Assembly: GCA_038105035.1 (NCBI GenBank)
Contig: JAYOBT010000004.1
Coordinates: 1,803 to 65,802, forward strand
Length of the DNA: 64,000 nt
Origin: Candidatus Poseidoniales archaeon
GTDB taxonomy: Archaea; Thermoplasmatota; Poseidoniia; Poseidoniales; Poseidoniaceae
Reading direction: 5' to 3'
Below the pieces are notes generated by a model. The model did not search any database. It was not told where the DNA came from and worked only from the letters and a program-made list of their open reading frames with translations. Numbering within the stretch: the stretch's first letter is position 1; the number at the start of each line of letters is the position of its first letter. Both the position numbers and the translations under genes were made by a program. Of the stretch, positions 7,837 through 16,437 are shown one piece after another.

Positions 7837-8577
7837 ATGTATGACCTCCTCATGGCGAAGAAGAGAGGAGGGTTTGGCCGTTTCCTCGGGGCACTTACTG
7901 GTACGCCATACGAACGTCTACTCAAACAGGTTGAGAAACTCGCAAATGAGCACGCTGATGACGAGCGAAAACTCGGAAAAGCCCTCAAAAAACTCGTTGA
8001 TGTCGTCGGGACGGCGTACGAGGAAGAAGAAATTGACGAAGACGAGCATGACCTTGTCATCGAAGCCATTGAAGAGGCAGACCCAAAGGGACGTTCCTTC
8101 CCGAAATTCGCTGAAGAAGATGCATTTTATGCCAACGATGCGCCAGATGCCCCAGAATTGGATCTTGGCAAGCGTAAGAACTTGGATGAATTGATGACAG
8201 CATCAGGAAAAGAATTCACTGGAAGTTTTGGTCGTGACGAATTTGAAGAATTCAAGGCACGTATGACGGATGACTTCTATGCCGATTCGGATGAAGCCAT
8301 CCAAGCTGGCGATCATCATGCTACAATTCGAACAGAGAATCGAGTGTTTGCCGATGAAGAGGATGAACTTCAGAATGTTAAAGCAATGATCTCACAAGAA
8401 TCAGGCCTTGCTGACCCGACCGCCGTCGAAGAAGAGGAAGAAGAATCCTTTGAAGGCGACGAGAATTATTCCATCGATGAGGATGGAACAGAATGGTTCC
8501 AAGACGATGATGGTTACTGGTGGTATCGTCCTGAAGGAGAGCCTGAATGGCTGCCTTGGGAAGAAGACGAGGATTGA
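7837..8577 (+). CDS. Soluble, highly acidic hypothetical protein ending in a WW-like Trp-rich module
   Basis: No hydrophobic helix. D/E-rich. C-terminus DGTEWFQDDDGYWWYRPEGEPEWLPWEEDED. Confidence 0.6.
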   Translation: MYDLLMAKKRGGFGRFLGALTGTPYERLLKQVEKLANEHADDERKLGKALKKLVDVVGTAYEEEEIDEDEHDLVIEAIEEADPKGRSFPKFAEEDAFYANDAPDAPELDLGKRKNLDELMTASGKEFTGSFGRDEFEEFKARMTDDFYADSDEAIQAGDHHATIRTENRVFADEEDELQNVKAMISQESGLADPTAVEEEEEESFEGDENYSIDEDGTEWFQDDDGYWWYRPEGEPEWLPWEEDED

Positions 8578-10449
8578 TCACGACGGAATCGGTTGTTGAT
8601 CCCACCACGGTGGAGCAAGGAACCATGCATCATGATTTGCAGGACGGTCGATGAGTGGTAGTCCAATGGTGCCACCATCAATGGACAGCCCACCCAATGG
8701 ATTGGTTGCGCAAGGACCAGGCAAGTAATCCTCGCCAGCCTCAGTCAATTCGATGCGTAGTGTGTGGCCAGCAGGAACAATAACGTCCAGAGGATTGAAT
8801 TCCATTAGCATCGTATAGGAAGAGAGAGGAGCAACTGGATTTGCATCGTAACCCCCGTCTCGGTAACGTAGGTCCATGGTCGCGTGACCAAGCCGAAGGT
8901 CGAGCGTATCATCGTACAACGTTGCAAAGATTTGTCCTCCATTGCATGCCTGTGTAGATACATCTAGATGCAATGTTGGTAGCCCCGAGATATGCAGACC
9001 ATCCACATAGACTTGGCTCGTTAGTGTCACAGAGCCTCCCGAACCAGTAACGATTCCATCGCCGCTCCATTCGGCTCCAATGGATCCCATCTGCCATGTC
9101 ATGTCTTCCGGAGGCCAAGTCTCTTCAACGTGCCACTGGCCATCATGCGTTTGAATCTGGACCATGGGTTCGGGTTCTTCTCCGATATCCTTGAGATAAT
9201 ATTGGAACCAACCATAGAGTTCAACTGCCCAATCCATTCGACTCATGTTCGGATAAGCTTCACCTCCATAGCCGCTTCCAAGTTCACTGTGACGGTCGGG
9301 TTGATCGGGATAGTTGTGGGCCCATTGCCCAGCAATCGCTCGAGCATTGATGCCCGCATCTCGCATCAACTGATAGGTTGGGAAAGCGTGGTACGGATCA
9401 ACGTTCCAGTCCTGTAGCCCCCAGACGAGATAGACGCTTCCACGATAGTTTTCGAGAACATCTGGAAGATGTCGGCGCTCGTCCCAATAATCGTTCCACT
9501 CTGCTCCACCAAACTCAGCAAAAGCATAGGTCGACCACGGGTTGAGTGGGCCAATAAGGTCATCCGAACAAACCCGCATATCATCGGTCGTCAAGTCTGC
9601 CGTTGCAGCCTGATATGCTGCATCGTAACCCATTGCACGTGCTTCAGATGATCCGTTTCGATAGAACATTTCTTGGACACCAATGGACCCTGAAATTGGT
9701 ACGATGGTCTTCAGATACTCGCTTGGTTGTTGCGCAGCCTCCCAGTTGGTCGTTCCAGCATAGGATTTGCCCATCAGTCCAACGTTTCCGTTCGACCAAT
9801 TTTGTTGCCCAAGCCAATCGACAACGGCTTGAATTCCAACCTGTTCTCCAAGGCCTTTGACGTCTTGACAATGGGTTGATTTTCCTGTTCCGAAGGTACT
9901 TGCTTGAGCAAGTGCATAACCGTGTGGAACAAAGGTATCGTAGACCCATTGCCCAACACCACCGTCTGGGATGGTGTTTGGATTCGAGTCTGCACCAACA
10001 CCAGGCATACCTTCACCGCCAAAGTCATAGTATGGATGAATGGTCATGATCACAGGGACTTTGACACCCTCTTCAACATCAGGTAGCCACAAAGCGACGT
10101 GCATTTTTGCATCATCAGGATATCCAGCGTCTTGTTCTGATGCAGGTAGATCGACCGTAATGAAATGTTCCGTTAACGGCAGAACGTCGTAGGTCCCATT
10201 CTCTGGAAGTTGTGCTCTCATCGTATCCATTGGTAGATCCATTTCGTGTCGTTCATGCAGTGGAACATCCCACCAATCGTAGGTACTTTCCACTTCACTC
10301 TCGTCGGTGAGTGCTTCGCCAAACGACATGGAAAGAAACAGGAAGATGACACAAAACGCAATGGTCGCTGATAGTGAGATGTTCAGTTGTGTTTTACTAC
10401 GGTCTGTTGAGGAATCGAAGATCTCCGCTTCGTGGATGTCCTCAGCCAT
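8578..10449 (-). CDS. X-Pro dipeptidyl-peptidase / CocE-NonD family serine hydrolase (S15), N-terminally membrane anchored
   Basis: G-x-S-Y-x-G nucleophile elbow (GKSYAGTT). About 620 aa. N-terminal hydrophobic helix ATIAFCVIFLFLSMSF. Confidence 0.72.
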   Translation of the reverse strand: MAEDIHEAEIFDSSTDRSKTQLNISLSATIAFCVIFLFLSMSFGEALTDESEVESTYDWWDVPLHERHEMDLPMDTMRAQLPENGTYDVLPLTEHFITVDLPASEQDAGYPDDAKMHVALWLPDVEEGVKVPVIMTIHPYYDFGGEGMPGVGADSNPNTIPDGGVGQWVYDTFVPHGYALAQASTFGTGKSTHCQDVKGLGEQVGIQAVVDWLGQQNWSNGNVGLMGKSYAGTTNWEAAQQPSEYLKTIVPISGSIGVQEMFYRNGSSEARAMGYDAAYQAATADLTTDDMRVCSDDLIGPLNPWSTYAFAEFGGAEWNDYWDERRHLPDVLENYRGSVYLVWGLQDWNVDPYHAFPTYQLMRDAGINARAIAGQWAHNYPDQPDRHSELGSGYGGEAYPNMSRMDWAVELYGWFQYYLKDIGEEPEPMVQIQTHDGQWHVEETWPPEDMTWQMGSIGAEWSGDGIVTGSGGSVTLTSQVYVDGLHISGLPTLHLDVSTQACNGGQIFATLYDDTLDLRLGHATMDLRYRDGGYDANPVAPLSSYTMLMEFNPLDVIVPAGHTLRIELTEAGEDYLPGPCATNPLGGLSIDGGTIGLPLIDRPANHDAWFLAPPWWDQQPIPS

Positions 10450-10488
10450 GTTACGCCCAAACGTTGGACATAGAAGAGGATGGCGATT

Positions 10489-11376
10489 CTAAGGTAACCT
10501 GAAGGAAGTTGGAACCGGCTGATTCCATTCGTAATCTGCTTGAGCGTTGAGTCCCAATTTTTCGAAGACCTTGGCAGTACTATGCACGCCATCGACACCT
10601 TTCATGACGGCTCTGGGAGCTAGTGTTGCTAGTCGAATGAAGCCTTTGTCCCAGAGGGCAAGGGCTGTTATGGCATCTTGCCCGGTAGGCACGTTCCGCT
10701 TCAATCGCGGTCCAAATGGAGGTGGGTGAGGGAATCCCGGTTTCAGAAGTGCTGTTCCCTGACGCAGCCTCCGAGTCTTTGTGTATCGAGGTTTCATGAA
10801 ACGCTTCCGAATGCCTCTCCAATCCTTTTTTGTGTAGTCTACGCCCTCAAGATAGAGCCGTTCATACTCATAGAGAGTATGTTTGATTTCTTCCCAGACT
10901 TCAACATCCAGACAGTAGGTGTAGAAGTGCTCATGCGTAGGTACGACGACATCAAGGTCGTCCTCAGAAACGGCTTGTTGTGGCAAATTCCAAACCTGAA
11001 CCATACCGATGTCTACGTAATCTCGTGCCCAATCGGCAAGAGAAAGCGTTGTTTTGATAAAATTCGGCCCAGGGATCAAATCATCTTCAATGAGAATCAC
11101 TCGCTCATATCCATGAACATCGAACAGGTCTCTTCGTGCACCGATCAGATTTCGGCCAACACCATAGTTTTCTTCTCGGAGTACGATTGAAGTGTACGGA
11201 ACGCCTGATTTCTTGATGACGTCTTCGATTTCACTCTGCTTTGCTTTTGGTCCACCGTCAATGTAATGGTAAACATCGATTCCTTCCAAATCGTCGATGT
11301 TGTTTGTCAGTCCACCGAGCAATTCTTCCATCAGATCGGGTCGATTGAAACTTGCAGTAAAGATGGCCGTTTTCAT
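10489..11376 (-). CDS. GT-A fold glycosyltransferase (family 2-like)
   Basis: Starts directly with beta1 (KTAIFTASFNRPD). ENYGVGRN and an acidic ILIEDDL motif are present. Confidence 0.55.
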   Translation of the reverse strand: MKTAIFTASFNRPDLMEELLGGLTNNIDDLEGIDVYHYIDGGPKAKQSEIEDVIKKSGVPYTSIVLREENYGVGRNLIGARRDLFDVHGYERVILIEDDLIPGPNFIKTTLSLADWARDYVDIGMVQVWNLPQQAVSEDDLDVVVPTHEHFYTYCLDVEVWEEIKHTLYEYERLYLEGVDYTKKDWRGIRKRFMKPRYTKTRRLRQGTALLKPGFPHPPPFGPRLKRNVPTGQDAITALALWDKGFIRLATLAPRAVMKGVDGVHSTAKVFEKLGLNAQADYEWNQPVPTSFRLP

Positions 11377-11377
11377 G

Positions 11378-12130
11378 TCAAGCCCTCCTCAGGAACCGCT
11401 GTTTTGCGTAATACAGCCGTTCTTTGAACGTGCTTGGAGGGTGGCGGATGTTGATCGGGAGCATGACGATGTTCTCGTACCCCATGCTTCGAAACACTTC
11501 GCAGATGACGGTTGTGTCGCAATCGATTTCATTGGTTCGGGGGTTGATACCAGCAAAACGAGCCCCTTTTTGAAACGGCTGAGCTTCATAGGTGCAAATG
11601 CCGTTGAAGGTTGACCAAACTTCAATTTTTTCTGATGGAATCCCATGATTCCACCATGTCTCATCCGAGGTCTTTCTCGTTGCCCAAGCGTCGTAAAATT
11701 GTCCCATGGCATTGGTTGTGTATCCTGAAACAATGTCCCCCTCATGGTTGATGATGGTTGCAGCATCCTCAGGCTTGTACAGAACGTCGGTTTCAATGAA
11801 CACGATTCGGTCGAACTGTTCGATGGATGAGGCTTGCTCAATGCAAGCATTGCGTGCATTTGCGATGTTTTTGACCCGCGCGCCTTCCTTGCCAACCAGG
11901 TGTTCCGTGCCGAGGTCGGTCGATGTGAACGTTGTCTTGCAGCGTTTTGAAAGAAGATCACTGTAGTGTTTGAGCAACTTCTTGGTACCGTCCGTTGAAT
12001 CGTTTTCGTAAATCGAAACCTCAACCTCATTGTTCAGCATCAATCCATCGAGCAATCCGTTCAGTTGGTTGTACCACGACTTCAATCGTTTTGCATTGTT
12101 TCGGGAAATGGTGCAGAGAAGGAGTTTCAA
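11378..12130 (-). CDS. Nucleotide-diphospho-sugar transferase-like protein (putative glycosyltransferase)
   Basis: LLLCTISRNNA...YENDSTDGTKKLL resembles the GT-A N-terminus. TTG start. 1-nt gap to the downstream glycosyltransferase. Confidence 0.45.
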   Translation of the reverse strand: MKLLLCTISRNNAKRLKSWYNQLNGLLDGLMLNNEVEVSIYENDSTDGTKKLLKHYSDLLSKRCKTTFTSTDLGTEHLVGKEGARVKNIANARNACIEQASSIEQFDRIVFIETDVLYKPEDAATIINHEGDIVSGYTTNAMGQFYDAWATRKTSDETWWNHGIPSEKIEVWSTFNGICTYEAQPFQKGARFAGINPRTNEIDCDTTVICEVFRSMGYENIVMLPINIRHPPSTFKERLYYAKQRFLRRA

Positions 12131-12189
12131 TGCGCTTCACCGACCATAAGAAATCCAACAAAGTGGATGAATTTCCCTATGGACATTCC

Positions 12190-12197
12190 TATTTAAG
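12190..12197 (+). promoter_or_regulatory. TATA-like box (TATTTAAG) about 26 nt upstream of the fcl-like ATG; implies a leaderless mRNA
   Basis: Its position relative to ATG 12219 matches the archaeal TATA-to-TSS distance. Confidence 0.35.
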
Positions 12198-12218
12198 CCC
12201 GAGGTTGTGGCGTGACAC

Positions 12219-13139
12219 ATGGCCACTGTTCTCGTCACTGGGGCTTCTGGGATGTTGGGTCAACACCTTGTTCCTATGCTTGAGAACGAAGGCTATCACG
12301 TCCTTGCTCCATCTCGCAGCGACGTCGATTTGACCGATGCAGCAGCAACCTCTGCGTATATTGAATCCAACGCGATCGATGCCGTTGTTCATTGTGCTGC
12401 CTACGTTGCTGGTATTGCTTCAAGCAAAGCATCGAAACATCACTCGTTCGACGCCAACGTTTCCATGGGCATGAATCTCATCCGTTCCTGTTTGGATCAT
12501 GGAATCTCAACACTGCTTAACGTTGGAAGTGCAACGATTTACCCGAGTGACGCACCTCAACCGCTCTCTGAGGGTTCTTTGGGACAAGGAGCATTCGAAG
12601 GACCAATCGAAGGCTATGCGCTCTCCAAATACGTTGTGTACCGCGCTTGTGCGATGGCCAACGAGCAACACGATGTTTCGTTCAAGACGATTCTCCCTTG
12701 TAATTTGTTTGGGCCCTTTGACAACTTCTCCCTCGAAACTGGGCATATGCTACCGGCAATTCTCCATCGCATGCATCAGGCGAAGGAACACAACAATGCC
12801 CCTATCGTGATTTGGGGTGACGGTTCTGCGAAACGAGAATTCCTCTTTGCACCAGACTTGGCGGATTTCATTTGTTTCTCACTTGAGAATTTCGAAACGT
12901 TACCAGAAGTCATGAACGTTGGCTCAGGTATCGAAATCAGTGTGAACGAAATGCATCAACACATGGCCAAAATCATAGGTTATTCTGGTGAGTTGAAACA
13001 TGACATGGACAAGCCCGTTGGCCGATTGCGACGCTATTTGGATTTGCATTACCAGCAACGAATGGGGTGGTCACCAAAAACGCCATTTGAAGAAGCATTA
13101 GCAATCACGTACAATTATCTGAGGGAGACATTGGAATGA
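12219..13139 (+). CDS. fcl: GDP-L-fucose synthase family epimerase/reductase (Fcl / GDP-L-colitose synthase ColC-like)
   Basis: TGASGMLG Rossmann motif and YALSK catalytic Y-x3-K. GHMLPAILHRMHQAKEHNNAPIVIWGDGSAKREFLFAPDLADF is collinear with E. coli Fcl. Confidence 0.8.
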   Translation: MATVLVTGASGMLGQHLVPMLENEGYHVLAPSRSDVDLTDAAATSAYIESNAIDAVVHCAAYVAGIASSKASKHHSFDANVSMGMNLIRSCLDHGISTLLNVGSATIYPSDAPQPLSEGSLGQGAFEGPIEGYALSKYVVYRACAMANEQHDVSFKTILPCNLFGPFDNFSLETGHMLPAILHRMHQAKEHNNAPIVIWGDGSAKREFLFAPDLADFICFSLENFETLPEVMNVGSGIEISVNEMHQHMAKIIGYSGELKHDMDKPVGRLRRYLDLHYQQRMGWSPKTPFEEALAITYNYLRETLE

Positions 13140-14323
13140 CACTACCACTTGCAACGAGTACCTGGGACGATGAAGAATACGCCGCCATTCAACGAGTGAT
13201 CGACAGCGACAGATTCAGTATGGGTCCCGAGGTTGAGGCGTTTGAGAAGCAATTCGCTGAATTCTTTGGTGCAAAATATGCAATTATGTCGAATTCAGGC
13301 TCATCTGCAAATCTGCTAACTGTTGCCGGAATGATTTATGCGAAAGGTATCGACTTGCATCCAGGTGATGAGGTCCTCGTTCCCGCAGTTTCATGGTCGA
13401 CCACATACTTCCCAGTTTCACAATACGGACTATCGATGCGGTTCGTTGACATCGATGAGGAGACCCTCAACATCGATATCAATGCCATTGAAGACGCCAT
13501 CACAGAGAAAACGAAGATGATTTTCTGTGTCAACCTTCTCGGAAATTCCGTCGACTACCCCCGTTTGCTCGCTCTTGCCGAAAAGCACAATCTCTACGTC
13601 ATTGAGGACAATTGTGAATCACTTGGATCAACCATTGATGGGAAACAAGCAGGAACGTTTGGCCTCGCAGGAACATTCAGCTCCTTCTTCAGTCACCACA
13701 TCTCAACCATGGAAGGCGGTGTCACCGTTACCGATGATGAGGAACTGTATCACGTCATGCTGTCGCTACGAGCACACGGATGGACACGAAATTTGCCGAA
13801 AGAAAATCGCGTTATTGAAAAGTCGGATGACCCGTTTATGGAATCGTTCCGCTTTGTTCTACCTGGTTACAATCTACGACCCTTGGAAATGTCTGGTGCG
13901 ATTGGACAAGCTCAACTTCGCAAGGTCAACGGTATCATCGAGGGGCGTCGCGCCAACGCAGAGATCTTCCAACAGGTGATGGCTGAACTTCCTGAAATCT
14001 TGATTCAGAAGGAAGTTGGAGACTCCTCGTGGTTTGGTTTTTCCATTGTCCTTCCTGATTGGTGCGAACGTGGTCCAGTACTCGATGCTTTGCGCGATGC
14101 CGGTGTTGAAACACGACCGATTGTCGCTGGGAATTTCACATTAAATCCGGTCATTGAGCATCTTGATCATTCCATTCATGGAGACCTACCAGCAGCCAAC
14201 AGAATTCACAACCAAGGATTCTTTGTTGGTAACCATCATTACGATATCAGCGAGCAATTGAATCAATTCAAGTCGATCCTTGAGAACTGTCTCAATGAGC
14301 AACGCCCTTCGTCAAATGATTGA
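13136..14323 (+). CDS. DegT/DnrJ/EryC1 family PLP/PMP enzyme of the sugar 3-dehydratase type (ColD / E1-like)
   Basis: ATGA overlap with fcl. Family layout throughout. The Schiff-base Lys position is occupied by His-His (FSSFFSHHISTMEGG, nt 13694..13699). LRAHGWTRNLP follows. Confidence 0.75.
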   Translation: MTLPLATSTWDDEEYAAIQRVIDSDRFSMGPEVEAFEKQFAEFFGAKYAIMSNSGSSANLLTVAGMIYAKGIDLHPGDEVLVPAVSWSTTYFPVSQYGLSMRFVDIDEETLNIDINAIEDAITEKTKMIFCVNLLGNSVDYPRLLALAEKHNLYVIEDNCESLGSTIDGKQAGTFGLAGTFSSFFSHHISTMEGGVTVTDDEELYHVMLSLRAHGWTRNLPKENRVIEKSDDPFMESFRFVLPGYNLRPLEMSGAIGQAQLRKVNGIIEGRRANAEIFQQVMAELPEILIQKEVGDSSWFGFSIVLPDWCERGPVLDALRDAGVETRPIVAGNFTLNPVIEHLDHSIHGDLPAANRIHNQGFFVGNHHYDISEQLNQFKSILENCLNEQRPSSND

Positions 14324-14348
14324 TGAATGGGCAGGCTATCGTTCCATC

Positions 14349-15317
14349 ATGGGCAAGGTATCCACACATAGGGTTCTCTTGACCTACTTCTTGGTGTTCT
14401 TACTCCTTCCGATGACGGTGACCGGTGAGGAAGAACCTGCGTGGAAGAGCAATGGGATTGACCCAACAACGTGGACAGACGGTCCTGATGTGGAAGACAC
14501 ACCTATGCAATATTCGTATTTTGGTGACCCAGTTTTTGCGATTGATGTGACATATACGCCCGGGCATTTCGAAAGCGAAGTGTCAGGCACAATCGTCATC
14601 GAATTGTTTCCCCAATGGGCTCCAATAACCGTTGAAAACATGATTGAGCACATCGAAGCCGGACTTTATGATGGCATCTTCTTCCATCGTGTCATCAATG
14701 ATTTTGTTACGCAATCGGGCGACCCAGAATGCAAAAGCAATGGCGTTTACGTTCCAGGTCTACCTGCACAGTGTGGGAGTGGGGGTACAGGCGAAACCAT
14801 CCCACTCGAACACAATGAGAATCTCAGCCATGTCGATGGGGCGATCGGAATGGCTCGAGGAACCGAAGAGGATTCAGCCGATTCACAATGGTACATTGCA
14901 GAGACTGAAGCGCATGGTCTTGACCCAGAAAACCGAGATGATGGAGGATATGCAACCTTCGGAATTGTTCGAGATGGCATGAGTCACGTACGTGCGATAG
15001 CCGAAGTTCCAACGTCGGATGATCCTACGGGGACCAATCTTGACAACCCCTTCTCCACGGCGGGACGTCCTGTTTACGAAACCAAAATCAACAGCATTTC
15101 GATGATTGGCGTTGCCGATCCTGACGGGGAACTTTCAATGCAAACATCTTCCCAAGAAACCGAATCCAGTACTGGAACAACCGTTGTGTTTGCTGGCCTG
15201 TTTGTCGTTGTTGCTCTTGGTATCGGTTACGTGGTGGTCAAGAACAACACAAAAGAGGAGGCTCCTATTTACGAAGCCGAATTGCTCGAGGAAAATGACA
15301 CATCCAAGACGACATGA
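14349..15317 (+). CDS. Exported cyclophilin-type peptidyl-prolyl isomerase with a C-terminal TM anchor
   Basis: Signal-like VLLTYFLVFLLLPMTVTG. Cyclophilin core FHRVINDFVTQSGDP...GAIGMARG. S/T-rich linker followed by VVFAGLFVVVALGIGYVVV. Confidence 0.85.
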   Translation: MGKVSTHRVLLTYFLVFLLLPMTVTGEEEPAWKSNGIDPTTWTDGPDVEDTPMQYSYFGDPVFAIDVTYTPGHFESEVSGTIVIELFPQWAPITVENMIEHIEAGLYDGIFFHRVINDFVTQSGDPECKSNGVYVPGLPAQCGSGGTGETIPLEHNENLSHVDGAIGMARGTEEDSADSQWYIAETEAHGLDPENRDDGGYATFGIVRDGMSHVRAIAEVPTSDDPTGTNLDNPFSTAGRPVYETKINSISMIGVADPDGELSMQTSSQETESSTGTTVVFAGLFVVVALGIGYVVVKNNTKEEAPIYEAELLEENDTSKTT

Positions 15318-16375
15318 CGGATTCGAGGAGCGTACCACTTCACCTTCTCGAGGTGATGGGACACGACTTCCCAATGTCGATCTGCCTTGTGGGCGAATTG
15401 GAGGCACTTCTGGATGGTTTCTTCACACCATGCATCGATTCGTTCCTCCTCAACATTCATGTGAATGTGAAGTGTTCCTCCGGTCTCTTTTAACGATTGA
15501 ATCGCAGGTTCCCATGTCGGTTCAGAACTCGGTAAATAGCCGAGAAGAACACGATCTGCGGCTCCTTTGAGTTCTCTCAACGTGACCTGATTATCACCTA
15601 GATGAACCGTCAATCTGGAATGAACATCGTTCTTCCTTGCCGACCATTCAAGTGCATGGATGCTGTTCGGATTGATTTCACAAGCGTGTACATGGCCAAC
15701 ATTGGCATGAACAAGAAGTTGCATTGTGTAGTAGCCAATGCCTGCATATGCATCGATGACAATGTCTCCTTCTGCCTGCAATGTAGCCATTCGATGACGC
15801 TCTGTGACATTTCCAGACGAATACATGACCTTCGTCGCATCAAATCCGTAGACAAGTCCGTTGTCTTTCACTTCCACCCACCCATTCTCCCCATAGAGCA
15901 ACTCGACCTGAGCAGAACGCATTTGATCGTTCGCAATGGGCTGTTGCCGACCGATACGCGCAGCGTTGAGAGCTTGCGCAACAACGGAATAGAAATCTGG
16001 ATGTTGTCCAATAATGGATCTCCAACCCTGTTCTTGAAACGCATCCTTCGGGAAGAGGATGAGGTCATCAAGACGTTCCCATTTTTTGGGAATGGATTGC
16101 AACAGATCATCGCTTAGACCTGACAACGATGCAATGGCGTTGTACAGTCGGCTGTGCGGGTCAATCGCAGGTGGTGCTGGCTCAACGTCTACCTGTTCGA
16201 GTCGATGTTCGAAATCAATCGCATCGGAAAGAAACCCTTCGTGAACAGGTAGCGCGAGTTCATCTCCGATACGTCTTGGTGTGAACGCTCGGTCGAGACA
16301 ATCTTGTTCGACGAGAACCTGTCGAACCTCTTCTCCCGATGCGAGCGGAACAAGAAGACAGAGTTTCGTAAGCAT
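15269..16375 (-). CDS. tRNA methyltransferase of the Trm5 / Taw2 (Met-10+) family
   Basis: SAM motif VIDAYAGIGYYTMQL. ACEINP and a C-terminal VKWYAPRIRHVVLDV are typical of the family. Confidence 0.78.
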   Translation of the reverse strand: MLTKLCLLVPLASGEEVRQVLVEQDCLDRAFTPRRIGDELALPVHEGFLSDAIDFEHRLEQVDVEPAPPAIDPHSRLYNAIASLSGLSDDLLQSIPKKWERLDDLILFPKDAFQEQGWRSIIGQHPDFYSVVAQALNAARIGRQQPIANDQMRSAQVELLYGENGWVEVKDNGLVYGFDATKVMYSSGNVTERHRMATLQAEGDIVIDAYAGIGYYTMQLLVHANVGHVHACEINPNSIHALEWSARKNDVHSRLTVHLGDNQVTLRELKGAADRVLLGYLPSSEPTWEPAIQSLKETGGTLHIHMNVEEERIDAWCEETIQKCLQFAHKADRHWEVVSHHLEKVKWYAPRIRHVVLDVSFSSSNSAS

Positions 16376-16437
16376 AAGGACGCCTTCAGTCTTGCTAGGG
16401 GGAAGTCCTTTGAAGGTCTTCGGTCTGTTGGAACTTC

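Noticed and set aside
11389-12030. A 213-aa ORF in an alternative frame of the glycosyltransferase-like gene 11378..12130.
   Set aside because: It lies on the same strand, fully nested. Its product is Arg/Ser/Thr-rich and motif-less, whereas the other frame shows a GT-A N-terminus.
10489-14323. The glycan gene cluster, considered as a horizontally acquired island or mobile element.
   Set aside because: There is no integrase, transposase, flanking tRNA or direct repeats, and composition cannot be quantified by eye. It is treated as an ordinary variable glycosylation locus.
15180-15317. C-terminal TM helices of the surface proteins, considered as archaeosortase (PGF-CTERM/PEF-CTERM) or sortase-type sorting signals.
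   Set aside because: No PGF/PEF/LPxTG motif precedes the helices. All are followed by tails of 6 to about 190 aa rather than a short basic stub, so they are more likely to be permanent anchors.
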